Shown: one piece after another, positions 29,328-46,324 of the stretch
How the letters are laid out: every line of letters starts with the position of its first letter
Numbering within the stretch: position 1 is the first letter of the stretch
Assembly: GCA_964016885.1 (NCBI GenBank)
Contig: OZ024741.1
Span: 101,928,001 to 101,992,000 of the forward strand
Length of the DNA: 64,000 nucleotides
Direction: 5' to 3'
From: Eledone cirrhosa
Taxonomy: Eukaryota
The notes under the pieces: model-generated
Told to the model about the DNA's origin: nothing
Databases searched by the model: none
What the model saw: the letters and a program-made list of their open reading frames with translations, nothing else
Translations under genes and position numbers: made by a program

Positions 29328-29737
29328 TGTTACCTTTTTACACCACCGTTTGCAAATTTCTGTTTTATATGTTTATACACAAGATATGGCTTTCTATAAT
29401 AATAATACTAAACACTGTTTTCTGGACCCCTTTAGAAATAACCTGCTACTATAATAGCCCCAATAACTTGTCTGTGACTCTGTACCACTTTGACCCCTTT
29501 AACTAAATTTTGTCCGAACAACACCACTAGAAGAATTTACTTCCCCCGCCAACCCTAACACGCCTCATTAAGCTAACTGCTGCCGAAACATTCTCTCATT
29601 ACAATCTCTACTAGTCTGACAGTCTTAAATCCTAGGACTCCCTCCACCTTACTCACTTCCCCCTTCCCCCTCTCTTCCTACTTCCTTCTTTCTCTTTTAT
29701 CTAGTGTATAAAATATTTTCATATCATTCCAATACAA

Positions 29738-29854
29738 AGGTCTGACGACATGGTGTGTTTGCTTACAGTGTACCTTCGGTTTATGATAATATTTTTATAT
29801 TATTCAAATAGCGAGGTATAGGTAACCCATACACTATAGAAACAATTGTTACCT
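29738..29854 (+). ncRNA. Type I hammerhead ribozyme with about 90-nt stem II
   Basis: aggt CTGACGA [long hairpin] GAAAC aatt GTT acct. Confidence 0.8.
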
Positions 29855-29888
29855 AATAAATTCTTTATACCCGCATTTCCATTTCATA

Positions 29889-29984
<96 letters not shown>

Positions 29985-30814
29985 AAAAGAATCAGGACCC
30001 CGACGGCAGAGCTCCGGCCGTTTCGACAGCTAGTTCTGAACTAGCTGTCGAAACGGCCCATAGTATCGAGTACTCTAGTGCGTTATGGTCCACCTGGTTC
30101 CTTACCACATACACATACAAGTTTAATGAAGAAATATACATAACTTTACACAAATATAGATATATATAAAAACATCCAACCGACACCAAGTTTAGCTCTA
30201 TGAAAGAAGGAGACTTTTCTCAGTAAAGAAAGAAAATTCAAGACAGAAAAAAATTCTTCCTTGTTCGCTATCAGTGAATATATATATAAAATTTATGAGA
30301 GCTTATCATGATGATTAGCGGAAATTATAATATTTCCTTTGTCTAACATTTTGAATGACCCGCCAAAAACCGGGGGTTATTTCCCTTGCCGGAATTAACA
30401 CGTGACAGCTATAGATACGATTCGCAGCATATATAGCAGCAACATATAGCTTATCACTTCGGTCCTTGGTAGAACGAAAACCCTGTTGAAAAACTGAATC
30501 CTCCGTTCGATCATGAATACCACGAGCTTGCCAGTCACGTAAGTCTGATATTTGATTTCGGATTCAAAGAAACACTTTAAACGATTGATCGTTTGATTTG
30601 TCCAGGTGTATTTTTCTCAACCTGATTAGTTCTATCGTTACTTTGGTATATATTGTGTGTTAGATTCGCCTACCACAATGTTCGATTTGTCAAGCTATTT
30701 AAACGTATGTTATTACTCTAAGGCCCCAACTTATCGAGTGCTTTGCTAACTCATTTCATATAAGTAGGCCGAATTTACTTGCAAACCGCCAGAGATTCGA
30801 TTTTACTATTTTCC

Positions 30815-30876
<62 letters not shown>

Positions 30877-30934
30877 GTAGGAAAATGGAAAAAAAAACTC
30901 GGCGTAAGGAAGTGTTAAACTGCAAAATGCCGTC

Positions 30935-31046
<112 letters not shown>

Positions 31047-31318
31047 GTATATATTTGTGTGTGAATATCTTTATGCTTAATACACATCTCCCAACAATGT
31101 GAATATGACAATATTTAACAACTCTCCTACAAATACTTTCAGGTGCAGCTGAAGGCTTCGTCAGACCTTTTAGCACTTCCCAAATTTTTAAATCACGGAG
31201 TTGCTTATAACTACTACATTGAGTGAAAACTTTGTCACGAATTTAATCAGATTTACATAGACGTAAAAACACAGACACATACACACACACACACACTTAT
31301 ATACATATACATATATAT

Positions 31319-31391
<73 letters not shown>

Positions 31392-31400
31392 CACACACAC

Positions 31401-31469
<69 letters not shown>

Positions 31470-31789
31470 CGTACGCCCACATACACACACGCATATAGAA
31501 ATATATTCATATAGATATATATTTAATATGTAGGCGGTGTTATTGGTAGAACATCTAAAGCGTGGGTATTGTTTCGCGTCTCTACCTTCTGAGTTCAAAT
31601 CCCATCAAGATTCACTCTGCTTTTCATTATTTCGGGGTTGATAAAGAATGGGCCAGTCAAATGCTGATGCAGCCCACTCCTATCTGTCACCAACTGGATG
31701 TTCCGTTGGATCAAAGAGGAATAGTCAAGGGTTGTCTATGTTTGTTTTGCATTATATGGACACATAAATCCCTTAGAGCAAACACATGG

Positions 31790-32260
31790 AACATACTACC
31801 AAGTCATACTCGATTGCGAGAGAGGCTGCCAGACAGACTTGTCTGAGAATAGGCGCAGAGCGATGAAAACGTTCTGCACGCTCTCGTCCAGTGTCCGAGC
31901 ATTTCTGACCTGTGGAGTTTTGCCGAACAGCTACTATCGCGTAGAGGACGGATCCGCCTATCTCTCCACCGCCCTTTTTGGCATCGAGGGGTAGGCAGTT
32001 TTCCTCTGTCTGGTGGCTGTAGCAAAAGAAGTTGTGTGGTGAACACTAAAGACAGACACTTTCCTCTTCGGGCAAGCCCTCATCAACCTTTTCAAGTTCC
32101 ACTTGAAAAGGAAGGTGAAGGTGAGAGAAAAGTGCTGCCTCCCACTACATTTGTTAAAAGGTGGATGAATGTAGAGAATTTGGTCCGAATGAATGGGCTT
32201 ACTTTCACCAAGCACCTGTAGGCTAGATAATTTAGATATGAGAGGGGCACCTTCCAACTT
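31790..32260 (+). mobile_element. L1/Tx1-like LINE 3' fragment
   Basis: TCLR*AQSDENVLHALVQCP..DLW (CCHC remnant), VAVAKEVVW, F..RW. Confidence 0.7.
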
Positions 32261-32341
32261 AGAGATTGGGTGGTTTAGGATCTGTGGGGTTCTGGGTGGT
32301 TCTCCTCCTATTGAAGAATTTTGTTATTATTAATTCATTGC

Positions 32342-32530
32342 AAGGCGGTGGATTGGCAGTATCGGTAAAGGGTCGGATGCCATGCTTTGAAGCATAGAGT
32401 TACCTCCCTGTATGATCTGAGTTCAAATCCCACCGAGGTTAACTTTGCCTTTCATCCTTACGGGGTCGATAAAATAAAGTACCAGTAATGCACTGGGTAA
32501 TTGCTGGCCTTGTGCCAAAAGTAGAAACAA
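32342..32530 (+). mobile_element. tRNA-derived SINE, full length with 15-bp TSD
   Basis: TSD ttattaattcattgc at 32327-32341 and 32531-32545. Confidence 0.92.
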
Positions 32531-32639
32531 TTATTAATTCATTGCTAATTGTTTCCTGTTATCATTTTTTACACGTTCTATATAAATCCCCACTCCCCCT
32601 GCTTTTGTATTGTCCTTTATGTTTCGGCCCTAGTGCCCA

Positions 32640-33812
32640 ATAACGAAATAATATTTATCATCATTATTGTGTAATCACTATATTACTGAGTACAGCTTTG
32701 TGTGCATTGGATATATACCGTGTTGGTTTTGATGTGTTTGTTTCTGCTGCATAGATAGTACTCTTCATAATATATATGCAGTTCCTAGTTGTGTATTTTC
32801 TGTATACTGTATATATTTGTATGTTCTAGGCTTTAGGTTATGTATCTGTCTGTGTGTTTTTTTTATCATTCCTTGAGCACCAATTATTATAAGGATTGTT
32901 TCTGTTTTCATCATCTACATCCGGGTTATTTCTATGACTTAATCTTTATACTTGGATAATTTCTCCATTTCCTTGGCAGACACATTGTCATCCTTGGAGA
33001 TTGATGTGTCAATTAGAAGGCAGTATTTTCTTTGTGGTCTTTGACTATAATATCTGGTCGGTTGGTTTTGATCTTCCTGTCTGTGATATTGGCATATCAC
33101 AGTATTGTTACTTTGTCATTCTCTGACATCTTTTCATATATATGTCTGTACCTCCTTTTTTTTATTGGTATTTCGTAGAGCTGGCATAACTTTCGGTGTT
33201 TGTAAATCTGAACATTATCATGTCTGTGGATATATATATATTTTAGTTAAGACTCGACCGCCAGAGACAATGTGGTTGTTTCTCCTTCACCTACACATAT
33301 TCTGCAGTTTCTGTGTTCTGCATCATTATATATTTTTGGTAGTTTCTGGTGAGGCGGCTTTGATTTTGTGCTGCAATTAGAAATCATTCATTCTTGTCTT
33401 TTCGACCATCACTTATTAGCCAGTTTTGTGAACTTTGCTTGTTAACTTCTTCCTTATTCAGCTTTATCTTGTAATGGCCATGTAAGGATTTTTCTTGCCC
33501 CCGTTTTAGCATATCATTCTGGAGATCCGTTTTAGATTTAGATTTTTATCTTTTTTACCTTTCAGATTGTTGTTTCTTCTTTTTTATTTCCTTCATAAAT
33601 ATCTATCAATTTAGCTTCTGTTTTGAAATTGTTGGATTTCTTGAAGACAAAAACTCTTTCATGGTTATTTGTATTAGCTTTCGATTTTCTTTATTGATAT
33701 ATTTGTAGTTTTACAGTGGATATTATATACTTTTCTACTTGCCTAATGCCCTACCTCACTGATTCGGGGTGAGTTTAATCTGATTTTGACTGGTGTATTT
33801 TAAATGTAGTCA
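32640..33812 (-). mobile_element. Degenerate R4/Dong-like LINE, 3' part (RLE)
   Basis: TDRKIKTNRPDIIVKD..LLIDTS..AKEMEKLSKYKD..IIIGA.G. Confidence 0.8.
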
Positions 33813-33816
33813 TGAT

Positions 33817-34064
33817 AAGGGGCGGTAGAAGCATTTCTGAATTGGGAGGAGGGGGGGGGGGGCAGGGCAAATCTGGACAATTTAGTTGTAGTGATTAGTT
33901 TAGTCCTTTGCTCTAAAATGGCCAGAAAACTTCGATATGCGATAAACATAAAATGTATATAAATTGTAGCGCATATCCAAATAGATGTGTGTTTTGGTAG
34001 TTTGGGGAGGAAATATAATTATTGTAGGTGGGGGGCATGTCCCCACCCCAGTTCTACCGCCACT
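33817..34064. mobile_element. MITE-like element with GC-rich TIRs
   Basis: aggggcggtagaa ... ttctaccgccact; its right ~110 bp recurs at 40385-40493. Confidence 0.65.
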
Positions 34065-34139
34065 AATTTAAAAAAATGCACTGTGTCCTTTCCGAGCTTC
34101 GCATTTGGTGAGAAACTGGCATTATAACCAATTTATTAA

Positions 34140-34199
<60 letters not shown>

Positions 34200-34207
<8 letters not shown>

Positions 34208-34800
34208 TTCAAAATATTAATAAATATAGACATTCACGTAATCAAAATATATTTTATTATATATATTTCGGAGGTACTGTGCTGTTTTTCAGTACGTCCT
34301 CATCAGTTAAAATACATAAATTGATGTATGACATACCTCAACTGTGCTGATGGTTCAATTCCAGTCTTGGCAGTGATTAATTACAACAAAACTCAATATT
34401 TATATACCATAAGTACTAACATGACAAATTAAATACAATGGAGAGGGTGAGTAGGAGAAAGTGTAGAAAAAATAAATACATAAATAAAATAAATAACTAC
34501 ATCAACACATAAGTACATAAATGTTAAATATTTAAATATTTGAATATGTAAATATCCGTATTAGAGAAAAAAACAAACAAATGAGAGAGAGAGAGCTAAA
34601 TAGAAGAGAAATGGAAAAGATAAGGAGATGAAGATAAAAACAAAGAGAGGGAGATAGAGATGGTAGAATATATAACTGCATAAGGAAAAGAAAGGAAGAG
34701 GAGAGGGACATGATGCGTGACCGTTTTTTTCAAATATTAAGTTAGGTAGAAGCGATCAATTAAATACCGTGAACATTTTTAATCTATTGTATTTGATAGA
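34200..34800 (-). mobile_element. Non-coding HHR-bearing repeat, same family as 3200-3782
   Basis: Shared HHR and terminus abutting (TA)n. Confidence 0.7.
34250..34314 (-). ncRNA. Type I minimal hammerhead ribozyme
   Basis: tattttaa CTGATGA ggacgtactg aaaaacagca cagtacctcc GAAA tatata TA ataaaata. Confidence 0.85.
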
Positions 34801-34854
34801 AATTATTTTATTATTATTATATTACTATTATATTATATTACTATTATATTATAT

Positions 34855-38449
<3,595 letters not shown>

Positions 38450-38484
38450 GGACGATTGGTTACTCCTTCATTACGTTTATTGGT

Positions 38485-38572
38485 TGGTGACGCACGTTTC
38501 GCCACTGATCAGCTCAAGGTTCGATCTGTATCTATCTGACCCGACTCTGTAATCCGCGGTTCGTCAGACCCC
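38485..38572 (-). ncRNA. Type I hammerhead ribozyme with extended stem II
   Basis: ggt CTGACGA accgcggatt...gatcagtggc GAAAC gtgc GTC acc. Confidence 0.7.
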
Positions 38573-39825
38573 TTGTAATGTTAATAGAAAAATTAATACA
38601 TGCTGTATGATAAAGTCAGAAGTTCCTTTGGTGGTCATTAAAGTTTGTTTTGATTGGTGGATTAATTCATAGGGATGTTTTTGCCTGTAGTATATGTGGG
38701 GGTGGGGGTGAGGGATGATAAGTTGGTGGTGACGGTTGCAGGTTGAAGTGGGCGTGGTGTGGGGGTGCTGGTTGTTCGTAGACAGTTTGGCATGTAGATG
38801 TGGCTGATTTTTGTGTGTGGTATAGGTGTGGTGTTGTTGATTGTGATAAAGATTATGGTTTATGGTGGTGTGATGATTGTGTTCGTGGTGTCATTTCCAT
38901 AAGGAGATACATATTCACTTAGTCTGACAAATATATTGTATACATACACATGTGTATATATATATAGAGCCAGTGGAGATGGCGTTGTACAAATATACTT
39001 ACACACAGACACACACACATGCGTTGTTTAGGGAGTGATGATATGTGTTGGTGATGTTGATGGTTGTGGAAGTATGGCGATGTGCCTGGTGGTGGTGGGT
39101 GCGACATGATATTTACAGGATCGAATTTTACGATGGATTACAGGTTAAAAAGTGACATAGGGAACACGGGGAAAACAAGGTTGTGAATGAGGGATAGTGG
39201 ACGTATGGCTATGTGTTTGGCGGTGGTGGGGGTGATTTGTTCGACATTATATTTACAGGATCGGATGTTACGATGAGTTACAAGTTAAAACCCGACAGAG
39301 AGGACAGATAGAACACAATGGTACTGAGCTATTGGTGAGCTTTGTTATTCTAAAGTTTCACCTGCGCACTCACAGGATCACCAGTCTTGTCTGGTGAATA
39401 CGCAGATGAGACTCCAGAATAACAAGGCTTACCCATAATAAATGAATATTTAAACTTTGCTTCGGTCTTGAGTTTTCATTCTTACGTCCCTCAATAATTC
39501 ACGTACTCACAGGTTTTTAACAATGGTCCCCAACCCCCGGTTATGCATTTGTCAGATCCCCCCCCCCCTCCCCGGATTTTATTCCACCCCCACCCCGCTT
39601 ATTAAATTTTGCTAATCTATCTCAGGTGAAATTTTATTGTAAGTGATTCATATTGATACAGCAGCTGGAAAGTCTAATAATTTTATTTTACAGTAAAAAA
39701 AACAACATTATATATGACAAAAGAACATTACAAGAAATCCCATATTTACGAACGTACACTATACAATCATTGATTTCCCATCCCCCCTCATTATTTCACC
39801 CCCTACTATTATTTGGGACCCGAGA

Positions 39826-40370
39826 ATGCCACCAAACTCTCCCCCTCTCTATATCTACTACACGGAATTCTCTCCCAACCCCCTCTCTATATCAATTACC
39901 ACCAAACTATCCCCCTCTATATATCTACCATACAACACTCTCTTTCATTCTCTCTCACTCTATACATCACTACCAAACTCTTCCCCTCTCTACATCTATC
40001 AATATCTATCTCTATCAATCCTCTCACTCTATTAATTACCACCAAACTCTCCCCTCTCTACACCAACCATACAACATACTCTCTCAATCCCCCTCTCTAT
40101 ATCAATTAACACCAAACTCTCCTCTTCTTTATATTTACTACACGGAACTCTCTTCCAACCCCCACTCTATATCCTGCAACACAAAACTCCCCCTCTCTCT
40201 ATATCTACTATACGGAACTCTCTTTCAATACCCCCTCTATATCAATAAACATCAATCTCTCCCCCTCTATATATCTAATATACAACACACTCTCCCAACC
40301 TTCATCTTTATATCAATTACCACCAAACTCTCCCCCTCTCTATATCTACATCTCTCTCTCCCATCTGTCT
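39826..40370. repeat. C/T-rich minisatellite, unit about 60-70 bp
   Basis: Repeating caccaaactctccccctctctatatctacta..caacc..tatatcaatta. Confidence 0.85.
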
Positions 40371-40494
40371 CTACATAACATGGACATAAATTGTAGCGCA
40401 TATACAAATAGATGTGTGTTTTGGTAGTGTGGGTAGAAAAATATAACTATTGGGGGGAGGGGGCATGCCTCCCTCCCCATTTCCACCACTCCTG

Positions 40495-41595
40495 ATTATT
40501 TTTATTTTTCTCTCTATTCCTGCTTGTTCGTTTAGTGTCCAGTACAACATATTAAAACTCTAGCTTATTACTAGGATCGCTAGGGTATTGCTGCCTATTA
40601 CTACATTTTTTTGCACCTTTGTTTTGTCTTAAGTAGAAATCTAATTCTTTTATAGTATTCCTTTCTTTCATCTGTGTCTATCTAATTCATTGATTCCTAA
40701 GTATTTGTATATCGATGTTTGAGATCATTCTCTTATCTCAGTTTTTTTATCTAATGCGAGTTTATCGGTAAATTTCTTCTCTTCGGGAGTGCTTTGGCAA
40801 GTTCCATGTCTATTTCTTTTGTGAATCCATGTACTGTCTGCAGCAATGTTTCACATTGTATCTTGTCTGGGCGTACTGCTTTAGATCGTCCATAAACAAG
40901 AGATGGTTAATTTGTTTTGCCTCACCCAGTCATGTTTAATATATCAGATAATGGTGTCAATGCTAGGCAGAAGAGAAGTGGTGATAGTCAGTCCCTCTTT
41001 TATAGTTCCACCTTTCGCCTGTATGTTCAGAATAATTTGCCACTTACTATTGGTATGATTGATGAATGCTTTCATTTATTGGCGCTACTTTGTTCATAGC
41101 TAACACACTCAAATGCCTTCTGGTAGTCAGTTCATGCCATGCGGATTATTTTTCTTTTTTTGCAGTTTTCTGTTAAGGCTTTGTTGATAGTAATTGATCT
41201 TTACGGTCATATGACTCTTTCTCACTTCTGGAAACATTTTCTTTTTTCAATTTACTTGATCAATTTCTTGAATATTATTACAATTACAGTCTTGTATGTT
41301 ATAGGAAGGCATGTTATGGGTCGGTAGCTTTTGTTGGCATTTTTCAATTCTATGGTATTTACGTATCTTTGCAAGTATTTGATGTTTTAGGCATGCCTTA
41401 GTATTAATCATTTCTCTTTCTGTTATATTATATTATATTTCTTTAATATTTTTATGTTCTTCTCTTTTCCAAGTGGTGTTGTTTTCTTTCCTATTTCATT
41501 TATGTCTGAGAGGTCTTTTCCCTTATTTTCTATATTTTTGTATGTTTGTTTTCTATGTTTATGTTGGTTTTGCTATTCTTGCTTTTCTGAGAACT
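40495..41595 (-). mobile_element. Degenerate R4/Dong-like LINE, RT part; likely the upstream half of 32640-33812
   Basis: YRPITCLPITYK, LSPLLFCLALTP, HLLFMDDLKQYA. Confidence 0.75.
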
Positions 41596-41684
41596 GGAGA
41601 AAATGATATCGCATAAATATTACATCCGGTCACTAAACGGATACACACACACTCTTTCTCTCTCCCCTCCTCTCTTTCTATCTA

Positions 41685-41735
41685 TCTATCTGATGATCCT
41701 GTGAGTACACAGGTAGAACACCGGAGTAACTAGAC
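41685..41735 (+). ncRNA. Decayed hammerhead motif
   Basis: CTGATGA t cctgtg agta cacagg t AGAAC accgga GTA actaga; homologous to 39340-39430. Confidence 0.55.
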
Positions 41736-41889
41736 TCGTTACTTAGCCATATATACATTATATATGATATGTATGATACATATATATATATATATATATA
41801 TGAGAGAAAGAGAGAGAGAGAGAAAGAAAGAAAGAGAGATTATTTGTTTGATAACCGGATGTAACGTTTATGCGATATCGTTAGAGAAA

Positions 41890-41890
<1 letters not shown>

Positions 41891-41925
<35 letters not shown>

Positions 41926-41956
41926 GGTGGTGGTAGTAGTAGTAGTAGTGGTGGTG

Positions 41957-42028
<72 letters not shown>

Positions 42029-42086
42029 ATGATAATAATGGTGGTGGTGGTGGTGATGATAATGATGATGATGATGATGATGATAA
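41891..42086. repeat. (TAG)n/(TGG)n/(TGA)n compound trinucleotide repeat
   Basis: Direct reading. Confidence 0.95.
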
Positions 42087-42541
42087 TCCCAAGAAAGAGG
42101 ACAAAAAAAAAACAATGATAAGAATATGTATGAAAATTTGCCTCAAGATGTTCTTGAAATATAATCAAATGCTGCGCGTTGTATAGGTTTCCATAGATAA
42201 TAATACGTATATGTTTCCATAGATTGATAAGAATATGAAATTCTCTATTGCTGCTGTCATTATTTATTTCTGGTGACATTCCGTACGTGCGTTCATTTTG
42301 TATTCAGAAATTGATCAATCATGAAACGGAAATATCTACTTATCTATTTACCTATTTTATGTTTATATATTTTATTATTTTGGTATGTGCTAGCGCTCAC
42401 TCTATTCTCAAGTGATGGAGAAGAATGGTTAATGTGAAATTGAGGGTTGTATATTTGTGTATCTGTGTCTGTTTTCATAGGTATGTGTATGTGTCAAATA
42501 TTTTCATTTCTATATGTTTATATATATGTATATGAATATAA

Positions 42542-42595
<54 letters not shown>

Positions 42596-42813
42596 GCAAT
42601 TCCCATCCATCAATCTCATTTGGTCAGCAAGCTGGAATGGAACAAACTAAGATTATTTGACGACATCCCAGATCCCAGAACGACTGTCATTCCAGAAGCT
42701 TCCATTGATTTGATTCGATTCCGTTTAATATTCCCCCCAATTGGAATATATATCTACAGCCTCCGCCTGAATCTCAGGTCAGTCTCCTCTCAGAAAGCCC
42801 CAGTTGCTGCTGC

Positions 42814-42847
<34 letters not shown>

Positions 42848-43016
42848 AAGAAGCTCTGGCTATTTTATTTCACACGTTTGGCCATCAATGATGCATCTAT
42901 AACTATGTGTTAAAGACATTTCGCTTCTTCCCAACGTGATCATGTGGCTGCACCCCCACCCCCCACAAATACACACACACACACATATATAAATAAACAC
43001 ATACACACACACACAC

Positions 43017-43052
<36 letters not shown>

Positions 43053-43457
43053 GTATGTATGTGTGCGCATGTATGTACGTGTCTATGTGTGTTATATAAT
43101 ATACCTCAATGAAAACACCGTATCGTATTCAATAAGTTTTGTGATACTCTTCCACACTTTTATTGGTTTCAGTAATTAGACCGCGGCCACGATAGAACAC
43201 TGTCCTGAAGTGATCTATCGACCTCGGTACTTATGTTCCTCAAGTCTGATGTTTACTTTATAAAAAAAAGTTGTTGTGCCGCTAGTTAAGGGACATAAAC
43301 ACAAGCATAAACACAAGCAAGATTCGATCCTTCAGACCTTCAGCTGACAGGGAAAAGTTCCTCTATCAACTCGACAATCCGTAGCTGTCCTTTTCTACGT
43401 AAACAGTACCCAAAACTAGTAGCAACAATGCTGAGCAGCAACCTTAAATTCATTTTT

Positions 43458-43655
43458 AACATTGGCACAGGCCAGAAATTCGGAGTCGGGGAAAGTCGAT
43501 TATATCAACCACAGTACTTAACTGGTATTTTATTTTATCGGCCCCGGGAAGAATTAAAGCAAAGTTTATCTCGGCAGGATTTGAACTTTCAATGTAGAAC
43601 GTCGTAACAAAACACCGCAAAGCATTTTGTAAAATGCTCTGCCAGTCCACTACCC
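43458..43655 (-). mobile_element. tRNA-derived SINE, older subfamily
   Basis: ctggtattttattttatcggcccc..ctcggcaggatttgaac. Confidence 0.75.
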
Positions 43656-43918
43656 TTCACTCCCACCTTAAATTGAAAGACAATGTTATTATTGAGCATC
43701 GTCTATTTTCTAAAAAAGCTATTTAACTCCGTTCTTATCTCCGTGACAGCTTCTACAGTTGTAGTTTCAGATATCAGTTCAGAGACTCCAGGAATACATT
43801 TAAATAAACACGCTTACGCAAACAAATAGTCTCACACCGACGCAATTACACACGTATACATAAACACACACACTTGCGTATACACATATAAGCATTCACA
43901 AACTCACACACACACGCG

Positions 43919-43987
<69 letters not shown>

Positions 43988-44109
43988 ATTCATGCAAACA
44001 AATAATTTCAAAAGACAGCCAAATTAAAAGATGAGTGGAGTATGACAAGGTTCCAACACCTGTCACATATTAAACATTGGCAATCAGCTTATTACTATAT
44101 AACTTAACA

Positions 44110-44780
44110 GGCAGGTGGCCTAGTGGTTGGAGTGTTCGGTTGACGATCGTGGGATCGTGAGTTTGATTTACCGAGGCTTCTTGTCTCCTTGAACAGAATT
44201 CTTTGTTTCAGGCTGCTCTAATTCACTCAACTGGAAAAAATGAACTGTACCTACTATACAAATGGCAAGCCTTCTCGCGCAATGAGTCACGCTGAATCTC
44301 ATCTCACTAAGAATTATGGTTAGAGTACATGTGTACTCAGTCACTTGCACGTTCCTTTTACGAACAGACTGTTTCGTTAACTGGAACACTCGTCGTCAGC
44401 TCGACACAGGTACATCGACAAAAACAATAACTTTAATGGTATGACTAAGTGGTCAAGAAATTTGCTTCGGCATCCAGTTGTTCCAGGTTCAATCCAACTG
44501 CCTTGCATCATGGGCTATTGCTTTTACCATAACCTCGAGTAGACACGGGACTTGTGAATGAAACTGAGTTGACAGACTCTGTGGATGATCGTCGAATGGT
44601 CTGTACATGTAATTCAAAAGTATAGCCTTGTGACACATTTTCATGCTGATTCGTCATGGGAATTAAATTAAATGTACACATGTGTCCATGGAATACTCAG
44701 CCACCTATACGTTAGTTCACGAGTTAGACGTACAGATCACCAAACAACTGAATGCCCACTGTCGTGACAAACAGGCAATC
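44110..44780 (+). mobile_element. Cluster of older tRNA-headed SINEs (other families)
   Basis: A-box-like gtggcctagtggtt and B-box-like gagtttgatt / ggttcaatcc; bodies related to 52040-52250 and 63810-64000 on the minus strand. Confidence 0.6.
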
Positions 44781-45163
44781 CATCATATTACTATTTTAAT
44801 AATTAAACAGGTTACTACTATATTAGTTTAGACTGTTATGACTGTATTAGAAATTATTACTGTTTTAAATAATCAAGTAATTGGCAGAGTCGATAGAGCA
44901 GCATCAGATACAGTGGTTGGCGTTAATCATTCCAGCTGGGTTCCCTCTGAATTTATTCCCCATCGAAACCAAATTGTTTTCTATTCTTCCGCGGTCAATA
45001 AATGAAGTACAACTGAAGCACGAGGTCACTATATACGTCCGACCTCCCCACACGCGCTCTCTGTCTGTCTGTCTGTCTACGACTATCTGTCTGTCGCGCT
45101 CTCTCTTTGAATCGGCTATATGAAGTGGCTAAGAAAAGATCGTTCGAAGAAGAAGAAGAAGAA

Positions 45164-45210
<47 letters not shown>

Positions 45211-45541
45211 AGAAAAAGAAGAAGAAGAAGAAGAAGACGAAGAAGAAGTTGTTATTACTGTATCCTGACACACACACCATATATTAAGTGTTTTACATCA
45301 ATATTATTTTTCCTGACAGACTAGATCAATATTCTCCCATTGAAGTTTTGATCAGTATAATTGAATATTGCTTCAGAATCTAAATGTTCAAACAATAAAA
45401 TTATGAATAAAAATGTTTATCAGTCGATTAAAAAAATATTTATATTTGATAATGTATAGGCCAAAAATTATGACATTCGTCTCTGAAACGTTTTCAATTA
45501 TATTAGATTGATGGTTATATATATATATATATATTTATTAT

Positions 45542-45630
<89 letters not shown>

Positions 45631-45653
45631 TATACACACACACACACACACAG

Positions 45654-45696
<43 letters not shown>

Positions 45697-45703
45697 CATG
45701 CAT

Positions 45704-45754
<51 letters not shown>

Positions 45755-46176
45755 AATATATATAAATTCTTTAAAGATCTATGATCGATAATCAATCTTG
45801 AGATCAAGGGTGATTGTTTATTTTCAAGACATACACACATACATAACACCCACTTGATATACATAATATGTATCTATATACACATGCATACACACGTGTC
45901 TGTGGAATGCTTAATCACTTGCACCTTATTGGTTTGTGACGCGTCATCGGAATCGGTAGAGGTTCAACACATATATATACATGATATACACACGCATACA
46001 CCCCGAATATATATATATATATATTCGAAAGTAAAGGATTTTAATATGTTCCATACGGGAAAATAAATATAGGAAAAAGAAGTTGAAAATGAAATTGGAG
46101 TCTTAACTTTTGAAAACCATGATACTTGTGAATCCGGTAAAGTTACAAATTATTGTAAATAAATCCTCAACTTCTT

Positions 46177-46272
<96 letters not shown>

Positions 46273-46324
46273 TAATAACAGATCGGGGGCCATATTCAGT
46301 TGATTCAGGTTTCTTTAATGTGTC

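Larger units (their letters stand above)
27759..29890 (+). mobile_element. Penelope-like element family D, 5'-truncated
   Basis: RT + GIY-YIG, 3'UTR with HHR and AATAAA, ending at (CT)n(TA)n. Confidence 0.92.

Noticed and set aside
31100-31170. Minus-strand CTGACGA...GAAAG hammerhead candidate
   Set aside because: Stem I and the cleavage triplet do not form convincingly.
39653-40378. 241-aa ORF
   Set aside because: Open frame across a minisatellite; no domain features.
41764-42279. Poly-S/G/D/H/T ORFs
   Set aside because: Trinucleotide repeat.
42595-42810. Unique-looking, more GC-rich stretch as a possible exon
   Set aside because: No recognisable protein or clear splice sites; cannot be supported without RNA data.
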